DNA from: Eledone cirrhosa
Lineage: Eukaryota
DNA length: 64,000 bases
Assembly (NCBI GenBank): GCA_964016885.1
Contig: OZ024741.1
Coordinates: 31,620,001 to 31,684,000, forward strand
Direction of reading: 5' to 3'
Shown: positions 14,366-27,760 of the stretch, one piece after another
Layout: each line of letters starts with the position of its first letter
How positions within the stretch are numbered: the stretch's first letter is position 1
The notes under the pieces: generated by a model
Told to the model about the DNA's origin: nothing
What the model saw: only the letters and a program-made list of their open reading frames with translations
The model's database searches: none
Translations under genes and position numbers: made by a program

Positions 14366-14490
14366 GACACACACACATATGCGTGGGTGTATGTGTGTGT
14401 GTATATATACATCTTACAATTCCCTTGTTGGCTGCAACTGGCGGAGAAAAACGTTGTGGAATTAAATGTTCAGCTAATGCAAATATGTGT
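14006..14490 (-). mobile_element. Repeat family B copy with variant HHR (14056-14143)
   Basis: Minus strand: agggt-CCGTCGA-branched stem II-GAAA-cgcgca-TC-acct; colinear with 20143-20553. Confidence 0.65.
14211..14293. repeat. Fold-back hairpin nested in (TA)n
   Basis: gcgtggttgcacatgggtta / taacccatgtgcaaccacgc 20-bp perfect arms, extended by agaaaaatg/catttttct; arm-like sequence recurs near 58100. Confidence 0.85.
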
Positions 14491-14509
14491 GTTTATATAT
14501 ATATATACG

Positions 14510-14639
14510 AAAAGAGTCAGAACCCCGACGGCTGAGCTCCAGCAGTTTCGACCACTTGATCCGAACTAAGCCAGCTGGCTTAGTTCGTATCTAGCTGTCA
14601 AAACGGCTGGAGCTCAGCCATCGGGGTTCTGACTCTTTT

Positions 14640-14644
<5 letters not shown>
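14510..14644. mobile_element. Family C fold-back, paralogue of 7073-7211
   Basis: Same arms, same ccagctgg centre and same inter-arm mismatches. Confidence 0.8.
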
Positions 14645-14724
<80 letters not shown>

Positions 14725-14740
14725 AACAATACAATGTAAT

Positions 14741-14812
14741 TACCTCATTACCAGAGGTTTCTCGAATAAGACGAATACGAAAAACGTCCTCATTCGTTCA
14801 TCGGACAAGGCA
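14741..14812 (-). ncRNA. Type I HHR, U4C core variant
   Basis: tgccttgt-CCGATGA-acgaatgaggacg..cgtcttattcga-GAAA-cctctgg-TA-atgaggta. Confidence 0.7.
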
Positions 14813-15164
14813 ATTTAAAACATAGTGAAATATTTGAAAAATCTCCCCAAGAAAGGTAAGAGTTTAAGGGGCAAAAAAATAAAGCAAGAGATATATAAAA
14901 ATAAGCAAATATAATTAGGCTATGTGTATAAATGTGTATATATTCACTCACAAATGTACATATGTGAGTATGTACAAATGTATGTGTATAGTGAAAATGT
15001 GTGCGTAAGTACATATATGAGGGCAAGCATAATAGTGTATGTGTGACCACAAATACGTATATAATATAAGTTGAAAAAGGAAATGTAAGATAATGTACAT
15101 CCAGATTTAGGTATTAAATATATACACATACATGTATGAAAGCACGTGTATAAACACACACACA

Positions 15165-15915
15165 TCCCCCTACTATAATATAGCCCTTCAAAATAGCGGA
15201 TTTAGCGAGCCGATTAAGTACATACCCAGCAATACTAACTCCTTTAAACATAATAATAGGAAAATAAAAATAATCTGATTCACACCCCCCCTACTCTCTA
15301 GCAGTTAAAACTAATGTAGGCAAAAAATTCCTAGAGCTCTTAGATAAACATTTCCCTAGAACACATAGATACTATAAGATCTTCAATAGAAACTGTGTTA
15401 AAATTAGCTACTCCTGCGGTCCCCCTATTAAACCTTATATCATCAATAACAAAACACCAAGAGAACATCAAAATTGCTCCTGTAGAGTCAAAAGTGAATG
15501 CCCATTACAAGGTAAATGCAACACCAAAGCCATTGTATATGCGGCTAAAGTGACAACCCTCAGCAACAACCTACCAGCCACCAGCGAACGATATGTGGGT
15601 ATGACACAAGACAAATTCAAAACGCGTTATTTATCACATGTCGCATATTTCCGACATCCATAAAAAAAATTTACAACAGCTCTGGCTAGCAGAATATGGG
15701 ATTTGAAAGACCAAGGTATCCAATATAAATTGGATTGGTCAATTTTGAACCAATCTAAAGAATATGCAAGAGGAACAAGAAGATGCACACTCTGCATAAG
15801 TGAAAAATATTGGATTTTACAGAACCTTAAATCACCAAAACCTGCCTAAATACAAAAACAGAAATTTTCACCAGTTGCCCACACATGAAATCACACATGC
15901 TTTCCAGTTCATTTA
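15165..15915 (+). pseudogene. Truncated CxC-type PLE linker/GIY-YIG fragment
   Basis: Translates to VGKKFLELLDKHFP, CSCRVKSECPLQGKCNTKAIVY, YVGMTQDKFKTRY with stops and frameshifts; homologous to 16722-17615. Confidence 0.85.
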
Positions 15916-16131
15916 AACTTAACTCACTTTCATATACTTGTCCTCCATAAACTCTTGTTCTTCACTTTCCTTAAATTATCCTCTTTCTGATTTATTTTCA
16001 TTTTTAACTTTATTTTCATTTTTATTTTTATTTTCACTTCACATCCACCAGTGACCCCCCCCCCCCATACTTTTTGATTCATTTACCTAATATCTTCACG
16101 TTCCACATTTTACTTCACCATTTTCTTTCGC

Positions 16132-16183
<52 letters not shown>

Positions 16184-16532
16184 AATACAACAGAAGCATA
16201 TAAAATACAATTATATACACACATACATATACATACAGATATATATATAAACATACATACATATACATATATATATAGAGAGAGAGAGAGAGATAGATAT
16301 ATACACATATACGCAACACACACACACTCCCACAGAAATAAATATCTAAAAATAAAAAAGGTGGGTATGTAAAGGGTAAAGTAGAATGTAGGGGGGGGGA
16401 TAATAAATGAGATAGGAAAAGGTTTAAATATAAGGGGAGATAAGGGAGAAAAAGAATATCAGAGTACAGAAAGTGAGTTCAGAAGGTTAAAAAGTCATAG
16501 TGGATGTAAGGCGTAGAGAGCAGAGCAGAAGT

Positions 16533-17683
16533 TCAAGGTGGTTGAGTTATCGTAGGAATGTCAATCCAGTTACAGATCAGATGTGATTTCAGGTGAAGAC
16601 AACATCTGAAGATCTCGGTCTTGGAGTTCAGGCAAGTTGAAGTGGTTTTCAAGTTTTGTAAAATCCTAAATTTTTCAATGGTACACAAAGAACAATTCTT
16701 TGTGCCCCTTTGGTACTCCATCTAATGGTCTAAAATAGACCAATCGATAGAGTACGGGATGTTTTTATCCTTGAATTCCCACACCTTATTTGCGAGAGCC
16801 GTTGTTGTTCTTTTATCGGAGTGTTTAAAAGAAGCGACATGTGCATAAAACCTGGTTTTAAACCTGTCCTGAGTCATGCCAACATATGGTTCACTCCTGG
16901 CTGGCTGGTTGTTAATTAAAGGTGTTACTTTGATCTCATATACAATGGATTTGGTGTTACATTTGCCCTGTAATGGGCATTCATCCGGTTTCCTGCAACT
17001 GCATCCTGGATTTATTCTCGTACGATTAGAATTAGTGATTTTAGAACTCATTGATGGGCAGCAAGAGTAACTGATTTTAACTACATTTCTATTAAATATC
17101 TTATAATATCTTATATCAGGAGGAAAATGTTTGTCTAAGAGGTCAAGGAATTTCCTTCCTACATTAGTTTTAAAAGTTAGAGAGAAGGGGGGTGTAAACC
17201 AAATAATTTTCCTTTTCTTATTATTGTGGTTAGTTTTAGGGGGAGGAGTAGGTAAATAATTAATGTGTTCTGTAAATCTACTGTTATTAAGGGCTTTATT
17301 ATAATAAGGTACGGCTTTATAAAAAATGTCTAGAGACGAAGATAAGGTAGAAATCCTACGGCTAATGTTGGGAATAAGATTTTTAAAAACTATATGGGGA
17401 TGGCAAGACTCTTTGTGTATATATCTAAGAGTTTCGTTAGGTTTATGATAAGGTTTAAAAGAGGCAGTAAGTAGATCAAGATTAATGTCAAGAAAGTTAG
17501 CATTGGTCAGGTTCGTATCTATAGTAATTTTAAGGTTAAGATTAGCAAATGTATTGATTAAATCTTTACGGAATTTATCAAGGTTATGGCCGTTGGTGGT
17601 ATGAGAAACTGCCAATCCGTCGTCACGGTATAGACCGATATTATGAGAAGGAAAAGTCGTTAAAAGAATGAGATGGAAGGCAA
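16533..17683 (-). pseudogene. 5'-truncated CxC-type PLE: RT C-terminus + GIY-YIG
   Basis: [58 protein letters not shown]; one in-frame stop at 16722. Confidence 0.9.
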
Positions 17684-17771
17684 TGTATATATATATGTGT
17701 GGGTGTGTGTGTATGTGTTTTTATATTTGTGTGTGTGTATTTTATATAATTGTTTATGTGTGTATATATAT

Positions 17772-17900
17772 AATAGCCTCAGAAACGGCTGGAGCTCTGC
17801 CGTCGGGGTCATACTTTTTCCTATATGTATATATATATATACGTATGTGTATGTATATGTATGTATACATGTGTGTATTTGTATGGTTGTGTGTATGTGT

Positions 17901-17932
<32 letters not shown>

Positions 17933-18175
17933 GTATGTATATGCATAATTACATACAGTGATTTAATGCTTATTTTCATTGATCATTTGCTCCAGGAACT
18001 TGTTGAGTGCTCTAAATCAGCTATAAACATTTATACCCTTTTCTAATTATTTATTTATTTATTATTTGTTTACCCCTTTCACCTTTTTATTTTTATATAT
18101 ATATAATATTTATGTATTTTCTTATATATGTATGTATATATATATATGTATATATATATATATGAATGTATGTGT

Positions 18176-18207
<32 letters not shown>

Positions 18208-18716
18208 TTAAGAGTTAAACAAGGTTCAATGAATACATCTAAGAATGAGTTTTACACATATACATGTGTGTGTATGTATTTGAATGTATGTGTGTGTGTA
18301 TATGTATGTATATGTATGTGTATATATATATATGTGTGTATGTATATGTGTGAGTGTATGTATGTGTATATGTATATGTATGTGTATGTGTGTGTGTGTG
18401 TGTATTTATTTGTATGTGTGTATGTGCAATTGTGTGTGTGCGTATGTAGGTGTGTATACATATATCTATATTTATGTATGCGTATGTATGCGTGAATATA
18501 TGTGTGTATGTATGTGTGTGTATGTACGTGTGTATATATGTATGATAGTGTGTATGTATGTATGTATATATATATATATAGATGTATATATATATATACA
18601 TGTGTGTGTGTGTTTGTGTATTTGTATGTATGTGTATGTATGGATATGTTGATATAAATGTGTATATGTATATATATATGTATATGTATGTGTATTTGTA
18701 CGCGTATGTATATGTG

Positions 18717-18811
<95 letters not shown>

Positions 18812-19082
18812 GTGTGTGTGTGTGCATAATGTAAGTATGTATGTATGTAAGTATGTATGTATGTATATATATGTGTGTATGTAATTATGTGTGTGTGTGT
18901 GCATGTCTGTTTATTTTTCCTTTCCTTCTTCCTTTTCCAGCCTCACTTTTATATAGATTATAATTTTGTTTTTAAAATCCAATGTCAGGTTTTTTCATTC
19001 TGATGATTGAAAGCAAAATTTGTTTGCTTCCAAGGAACCACTGGTAAATGAAATAATTGCCTTATGTTGTTTATTACATAAC
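17772..19082 (+). mobile_element. Composite repeat A, copy 2; HHR 18993-19053 with GAAA mutated to GGAA
   Basis: Colinear with 2378-3228, with expanded microsatellites. Confidence 0.7.
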
Positions 19083-19117
<35 letters not shown>

Positions 19118-19162
19118 ATACATGTATATGTATATGCATATATATATACACACACACACACA

Positions 19163-19242
<80 letters not shown>

Positions 19243-19266
19243 TACACACACACATACATGCATATA

Positions 19267-19342
<76 letters not shown>

Positions 19343-20109
19343 TATATATATATATAAATTTAGCGAGAATCGCATCTCAGCGGGTAGAAATTAGCGAAAC
19401 GCAACTTCCATATTGTGCAGACAAGCGCTCCATGGATATGAAGAAGATACCAGAGCTATAAACATAAGTTAAAATGGTCATACATGGTGAAACGATGGTT
19501 AAGAAGCCACCTTAGCCAAAAAAGCGAACAAGCTAAACCCGTCAAACAAAATAAGACACGACTGAAATATATATATATATATATATATATACTCACACAC
19601 ATATATATATATACACATATATACATATATATATAAGGACTGGAATTCTCTATGGTTATATTATGTAACTATATTTATCCCCATACAGAAACTAATTAGT
19701 TGGAGTGAACATTTTAGTAAGTAAGTTGATTATTAATTTTTTTAATTTTCTTATTTTACGTCTTTCATATAATTGTTCTGCATCCCCCTGCATAGAACCA
19801 CAAAGGTACTAAGACATAACATATATATTTGCTAGCATAGGTGAACATCTGTACACATATGTTGGTAAATGTACTAATTCTCTCTCTCTCTCTATATATA
19901 TATATATACACATATATACATATATACACAGATACACATATATATATATATACATATACACATATATACTTGTGTATACATATACATGCGTTTACACACA
20001 CACATATATATATATACACATATATACACACATACACACACATACACACACATATATATACACATACGTATACATATATACATACACCCATACACACTCA
20101 CTCACACAG

Positions 20110-20143
<34 letters not shown>

Positions 20144-20192
20144 TGAAAGGATAACAAGGACGATTGGTTTCTCCCTCATTACATTTATTGGT

Positions 20193-20280
20193 AGGTGACG
20201 CGCGTTTCGCCACTGATCAGCTCAATGTTCGGTCTGTATCGATCTTACCCGACTCTGTAATCGGCAACTCGACAGACCCT
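20193..20280 (-). ncRNA. Variant HHR (CUGUCGA core, branched stem II) in family B copy 20143-20553
   Basis: agggt-CTGTCGA-gttgc..gtggc-GAAA-cgcgcg-TC-acct; the palindromic stem III is typical of PLE HHRs. Confidence 0.6.
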
Positions 20281-20341
20281 TTAAAATGCTAGTAGAAAAA
20301 AAATATATATATATATACATATATACACACACACACATAGA

Positions 20342-20419
<78 letters not shown>

Positions 20420-22007
20420 CATACAGACACACACACACATGCTTGTCTGTATGTGTGCGTGTATATATACATCTTACATTTCCCTTGTTGGCTTTAATTG
20501 GCGGAGAAGACCGCTGTGGAATTAAATGTTCAGCTAATGCAAATATGTGTGTGTAGCTATAGAAGAAGAATATGATACGAGGAGAAACTGAATCTGGTGT
20601 AATCTCTAGTAATATATTTCATGTTGGACTGAATCTAGCAATCTCTATGATTGTCACATATGTATAGTGGAAAAGTGAATAATTAAATTAGCCTTTTTCT
20701 TGTATACTTTCTGCTGTGTTCAAATGATACTAGAGCATTAAATCAAATGATAATTATCTACACATGCTATGTTGGTTTGCATTATTCATTGCATACCACA
20801 CCAGTCCCACATCCTTCTATTACACCTATCGTAATATGTTCTAACGCGGGCTCTGCCCTAAGAATGTTCACCCTCAACGCTTCCACCTGAAAATAAACGT
20901 TCATATTGTTGCCATACCAATGTATTTCCTGCATATATTTACTTACTTCAGGCTGATTATATGGTCTGATTTGTTCCGAATGACCAGTGTAAGTCATAAG
21001 TGCTACATCTTCCTCTTTAGCCATACCTATAGCATTACACTGCATGTAGGTTATCACAAGCCCCACAAAGGCGTTATAGATCTCACTACATTCATTATTA
21101 CAAAGACAATTTTAAATATGACAAATATATGTGTGTTACTCCTGCAGTACCAAAATGAATAACGCCGCTGTAAATATAATAGACAAATCACTGTCAAATC
21201 GCCCACAAATGTTTTACTCAAAGAAAGGTACATTGGATACTATAGTACTAAATATAATACACTTGAAAAAAAAAGATAATATTGTAATGGTAGCAATGTC
21301 TAGCATTATATATCTGTTCCACAACAATAACAAAGACAGCACAAATAAACGATTTTATATAACTGTCAAAAACAGTGACGTGGGTGTCATAATGAAAACA
21401 AATATAATAAAAAATGAAGTCAAAGATTTAGAAGAAATCAGACGTATAAGTGAAGCAAATACAGCCATTAAATATCTTATACACGGTTCTGTTTACTTTC
21501 TACTTGAAGTTGTACTTGTAAATGTCTTTATAGCTTTGATGTTAGAAACATCTTAACCGTGTACATTATAGCAAATATATGTCTGAAAGACGGACAGATG
21601 TAATTGGTCATTGTTTCATAAATCCAGACTAAAAACACAAACGTTTTGACGAAAAATGTAAAAATAAAACAAAAGCAACACCTGAACTGAGGATTCAGAA
21701 TATCCTGCATCTTATTTTGATAATGAGAAGCTATAGAATAGCTAGCAAGGATGGAAAATATTGGATTAGAATAGGAACTTTAGCTTATGTTCATAATATA
21801 ATGGAGTCTGTAAAATATAGAAGTCTTTGTTAATCGGGTTAGTATTGAGGTTTGAGAGGCGAGACAATAGAAAAAACAAAGATGGCTGCTTCCAATTGTT
21901 TCTAGCTTTGTATTCCCCCCAGTCGTTTTATTTTAGGTTATTTCTAAGAGCGGGTAGCAAGAAATATTCAGAGGTTTAGACAAATCATGATAGAAATAGA
22001 TGCAGCA

Positions 22008-22064
<57 letters not shown>

Positions 22065-22196
22065 CCTATATATATATATATACACACACACATATTGAAT
22101 ATGTATATATATATATTTAAGTATGCATATGTGTATATGTGTATTTATACGTATATATATATATGTGTGTAGATATATATATATATATATACATGT

Positions 22197-22231
<35 letters not shown>

Positions 22232-22257
<26 letters not shown>

Positions 22258-22480
22258 GAAATTATTGTGTAAAGTGCTCAGGTGCACTACAACTCGTCAA
22301 TATAGTACATAGAATAATACACAAATGTCAGGGAAGTACATGTTTGTATGTGTTAGCTGTAGTGTTGGCGGATCTCGGGAAGCATGGAGGCCTTAAAGGA
22401 TGCAGTGTCTCGACAGCTAACAACTGATGCAGGTAGTTTGTTCCATGCTTCAGCAACTCTGAGCGTGAAAAAATGTTGCA
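22232..22480 (-). mobile_element. CR1/L2-type LINE 3' end with (ATT)n tail
   Basis: [24 protein letters not shown]-terminal motif, stop at 22353, short UTR, then (taa)n on the + strand. Confidence 0.8.
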
Positions 22481-22519
22481 TATATATATATACATGTTGC
22501 ATATATATATATATATATA

Positions 22520-22636
22520 TAGAAACCAGTAAGACCCCAGGGGTCTTACTGGTTCCTATTACCCACTCTACTACCCTAAGTATTGAGTACTTTGGTGCGT
22601 TATGGTCCACTTGGTTCCTTACCACATTTCTTTCGT

Positions 22637-22637
<1 letters not shown>
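22520..22637. mobile_element. Minimal family C fold-back starting at the predicted HHR cleavage site
   Basis: aaccagtaagacccc-a-ggggtcttactggtt plus the tail found at 30571-30649. Confidence 0.8.
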
Positions 22638-22724
<87 letters not shown>

Positions 22725-23010
22725 TATAAACACATACACATACACACACACACACATATATATATATATATTTATATAATATATATATATATATATATTC
22801 AATATCGAATTCGTTATGTTAGACAATATTATAACATCCTGTCTACTGAGGAATCTAAAGCCAAATGGAAGTCTGGGTGAGATAAATATGTTATATACAC
22901 AAATCAAACTAATTCTTCTAATCTGCTGCATAGTCTACGTGGTCTAATCGGTAAAGCGTTTATGTGTTATGTTACATATATGAGATTCTGTACCTGTTGG
23001 AAGATCTCTG

Positions 23011-23050
<40 letters not shown>

Positions 23051-23082
23051 GGTATATATATATATATATACCGTATATATGC

Positions 23083-23151
<69 letters not shown>

Positions 23152-23272
23152 GGTGTTGGATGCTTAGAGCGTCCGTATGCGGTAGGCCGTATGAGCACTC
23201 GATGCTCTCATAGAGCAGAGTATGATATCACAGAAAAAAAGAGAATCTGTGTTGCGACGAATGGACTTTATT

Positions 23273-23370
23273 GGACATATTACAATCGTTTCTCTGGCGA
23301 CCAGCTCGAGGCACGATCGATGTGATGATCGAACCTGACTCTGAAAATCGCAAGGTCCTCAGATACGTCC
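23273..23370 (-). ncRNA. Type I HHR with enlarged stem II (family D)
   Basis: ggacgtat-CTGAGGA-(~63 nt)-GAAA-cgattg-TA-atatgtcc. Confidence 0.75.
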
Positions 23371-24152
23371 TGGTTCTACCATAGACATCCTTCGCCTGTC
23401 GGCTTAGATCCTGTTGTTGTCGTTCTATGAGTGGTCAAGAATTGTACACGTCATCGATATTTCTAGCCACTCATGGCTGTCCACTATTTGGTTCTTTTCA
23501 TTCTCCACCTGTCAATCAAATTTGTTTCTTAAGTCGGAATTACTACTGTAGTAGGTAAGGGGTTGTATGCTTGAACAGCTGGCGGCCCTTGGACATCTTC
23601 ACTGTCTTTAGGCGCCCTCGTCTACACCGATCTCGTACATACCCGCAACCGTATTGTATGCGACAATCACCGTAAATAATGCTTGGAGGGAATTTTAAAA
23701 ACAAATTAGAAAAATATTAGAAAACTATTTAGCATAACGTTTCAAGAACTCAGCCTCAGAATACCTTAAAACATATATATTTCAAAATATAATAATACAA
23801 TCATCCATACTGCTGAGGACTCTACCACCTTTTTTTCTTTTAATGTAGAATCTGTTTATATTTGCTTTGGGTTCAAAGATGTGTCTAATCTCATTAGCTT
23901 TCTCGTATTTCTATTCAACTTTCATATATCTTCTTCCGTCCATCTGAGAATGGACACACTATAACATGGCTTTTCCAGCACGTCTCCCTTGCCGTCCTCC
24001 AGGGAGGCGCCTTCTCCATTCTAGCCACCGGGGCTGTGGGGAGGCCACCAATATGATTGACTGACTTTTCTTTTAATCAGTCAGATGTTCTAATGATTCT
24101 ATATATATATACGTTCATATGTATTCATCTTTTAACGGTCCCTTTATGTAGA

Positions 24153-24530
24153 CTAGATATTCAATGCAGTCACTAGATTCCTCGTATTCAGGTGGGATTT
24201 TAAAATAATTTTTATACTTTTTAAATATAACTCACTAACCTTTTCTTTCATTTCTCCACGTAAAATGTCATCCAGTTGTATAATCCCTAAATACTTGTAT
24301 CCACTATCTCCCGGTTTCCCTATGGCAGCTTTAATCCACTGCAGGCTGTTTTTTTCTTCCTTCTCATATTGACCATAGAGAATTTGGAGATCCCCTACCG
24401 ATATCACTGCTACATATATAGATTGTTTTAAACAAAGAATCTATCCGGTTTTCAGACTGTCCAAACAGTTTCAGGTCATCCATAAACAGAAGATGCTTTT
24501 TCAATGGTCTTTTTATTCCACATTGGTAAC
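24153..24530 (-). pseudogene. R4/Dong-like non-LTR RT fragment
   Basis: HLLFMDDLKLF..IDSL; YKYLGI..MKEKV..ILKSHLN. Confidence 0.75.
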
Positions 24531-24558
24531 CCATAATTATTACGAAAATATTATTTAT

Positions 24559-24613
<55 letters not shown>

Positions 24614-24683
24614 GCTGTTGCTGCTGCTGCTGCTGCTGCTGCTACTACTACTACTACTACTACTGCTGCTGCTGCTGATGATG

Positions 24684-24748
<65 letters not shown>

Positions 24749-24805
24749 ACTACTACTACTACTGCTACTACTACTGATGATGATCCATTTGCTGATGCTA
24801 CTACT
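24559..24805. repeat. (CTA)n/(CTG)n compound microsatellite
   Basis: Directly visible; a (GAT)n tract follows at about 25040-25250. Confidence 0.95.
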
Positions 24806-25249
24806 AAATATGAGAACAAATCACATATTTCGTAGGATGCAAAAGGAGGAGTAGGAAGAGGGGGGTGTCAATCGATTAAATCAACTATTATAATTAACCA
24901 TTGCTTATTTTTATCGATCAGAAAAGTGTGAAATGCAAAATGTCCTCCCGTGGGATTTGAACTCATTCACCATCATCTACCGAACTTTACAAACAGCAGC
25001 GATGCTGAGGATGAGGGCGTTGGTAAAATGATAACGAGGAGGAGATGATGGTAATGATGGTGATGATTATAAAGATGGTGATTATGATGATGATGATGAT
25101 GATTTGATATTGATAATAATGATTATGACGATGACGATGATGATGATGATGATTATGATGGTGATGATGATTATTATTATGACGATGGTGGTGATGAGGG
25201 TGATGATGATGATGTATTATGACAATGACGATGATGATGGTGATAATAA

Positions 25250-25437
25250 TTATTTCTACTTTTGGCACAAGGCCAGCAATTATCCCAGTACATTACTGGT
25301 ACTTTATTTTATCGACTCCGTAAGGATGAAAGGCAAAGTTAACCTTCGCGGGATTTGAACTCAGACCATAAAGGGCCGTAACTCTTTGCTGCAAAGCATA
25401 GCGTCCGACCCTCTACCGATACTGCCAATCCACCGCC
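25250..25437 (-). mobile_element. tRNA-derived SINE (octopus-type)
   Basis: Minus strand ggcggtggattggcag (A box) .. gagttcaaatccc (B box) .. tttgcctttcatcc core; multiple copies in the window. Confidence 0.8.
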
Positions 25438-25948
25438 TTTGCTGATAATAATGCTTATAATTATGGCGGTGATAATGAATATATTCTTCAGGAATAAAAC
25501 AGCAACACAAAAAGCCACATACCACAGCTAACAACACCCTGAATATCTACCTCCACGCACACAAACTCACATAAACATAGACACACATATACATACACAC
25601 ACATCATATAAATACACACACTTATACATACACACATACACATACACATACATATACACATACACATACTTATACACATACACATAAATATGCATATACA
25701 CATACACATACATATGCATATACACAAACACATACTTATAAACATACATATACACATTCACATACATATAAATATACATAGATATACACATACACATATA
25801 CATACACATAGAGATACACTTGGATCGCGTGCCAAATGTAACTTCCAATGCCACAACCAAGGCATTGGTAATATACGATTTACTCCTAGTTTATTTACTT
25901 TCCAAATATTGGTATCAAGCGAGATAATACACGAGCGAATTAAAAAAA

Positions 25949-25984
<36 letters not shown>

Positions 25985-26086
25985 AATGAAGTAATTCCAT
26001 CGCAAAAGTCCAGGAAAAAAGAGTGCTCTATGTATGCAACAGAGCTTAATTATTATTGTTATGTAATAAACAACATAAGGCAATTA

Positions 26087-26146
26087 TTCCATTTACCAGT
26101 GGTTTCTTAAAAGCAAAAGGTTTTGCTTTCAATCCTCAGAATGAAA
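26087..26146 (-). ncRNA. Type I HHR, canonical core (family A; repeat spans 25985-26180)
   Basis: ttcatt-CTGAGGA-ttgaaagcaaaa..ttttgcttttaa-GAAA-ccactgg-TA-aatgga. Confidence 0.85.
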
Positions 26147-26176
26147 AATCCTGGTTTGTTTATTGAATATGGATTC

Positions 26177-26253
<77 letters not shown>

Positions 26254-26262
26254 ATATGTATA

Positions 26263-26371
<109 letters not shown>

Positions 26372-26380
26372 ATATGTATA

Positions 26381-26459
<79 letters not shown>

Positions 26460-26507
26460 ATATATATGTATGTATATATATATATAATGTATATAGAAAC
26501 CAGTAAG

Positions 26508-26601
26508 ACCCCGACGGCTGAGCTCAAGCCGTTTCGACGGCTAATTCTGGACTAAATGAAAATTTATCCTGGTATATAAATAGCCGAGCTTCTCAAGGGA
26601 T
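26508..26601 (-). ncRNA. HHR with U3-A8 core in the sense 3' pLTR (family C)
   Basis: Reverse complement of 30463-30556. Confidence 0.7.
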
Positions 26602-26991
26602 AATTCCATATATGGTCAAAGTGATTGTCACAAGGATTGGTCACAAGTTACTAGTAATTCTGTGATGGCAAATTAGTGGGGGAGAGTGTGGCTAAACCTG
26701 CCAGTAGGAGAAAAAGGGGAGGGGTGGAGTAGACCCAATCATGCGTTGGTAGTGCCGGCTACAGCTGGGCATGAGGTCAAAGAAGATACTAGGGAGGGGG
26801 AGTGGGAGGAAGTCGAAACGGTAGGTAGAACAATGAAGGGTAAAAAAATAAAAAAAAATAAAAAAAATACTGAGAGTGATAAAAAGCGAATAAATGTAAA
26901 GAAAACAATATAAGCAATTTCTACGACCTAAGTCTCTAGCTATTGCTCGGCTAGAAAAATAAATAAATAAAGAAAGAAAGAAAGAAAGAAA

Positions 26992-27026
<35 letters not shown>

Positions 27027-27760
27027 AAAAATAAGTAAATAAATTAGGTGGGACGGAATAGGAAAGGACGCTTTTAAGAGGTATAAGTACGTATATCATA
27101 CGGTGACGGGTCAACAATGGGGGCCAAAATACTAAAGAAACTACCACGAAATAATTTATAATGGTTTTTACCCCGGGCACAAGGCCAGCAACCACCCAGT
27201 GCAGAAAAGTAAATTAGTACGAGATAATAATTCTGAGTCCCGAAAAAAATATACTAATGCTAACTCTAACGCTACAAAAGTTCTTATACAAGCTACATGA
27301 AAGTTCGTACGAGGTAAAAGTAGAATACGGAAAAATAAATTCAGAATCCACCCCGCCCAAAAGAAAAGAGAAGAAAGAAATACTGAAACGAGAAATTAAG
27401 GCAGAGGTGCCACTAAGAAATATAGAAGGCACGGAAAAGGGGGGAGCGGTCGGATAAGGGGCAAGTATCCGAGGTCTAACACAACTGCTATAAAAAGCGG
27501 AGTCCGCCAAATCTATCATAGACTAGGGGAGGGGGTGGGGGTACTGAGGCTACAAGGGGCCAAAGGGCTGCCTCGGGTGGGCGAAAAAAATACGCCGACA
27601 AAGAAAAAGAACTGGGGTAGAAGGACTAGGGAGGGATGGGGGGGGGGAAGAAGGAAATATAGAGGAAGCTATAAAAGAATAAAAAGAAGATCTTACGTCT
27701 CCCTTGGCAAGCAGGGGTTACCTATTACAAAATCGGTAAGTGGGGTGTTATAGCCCTAGT

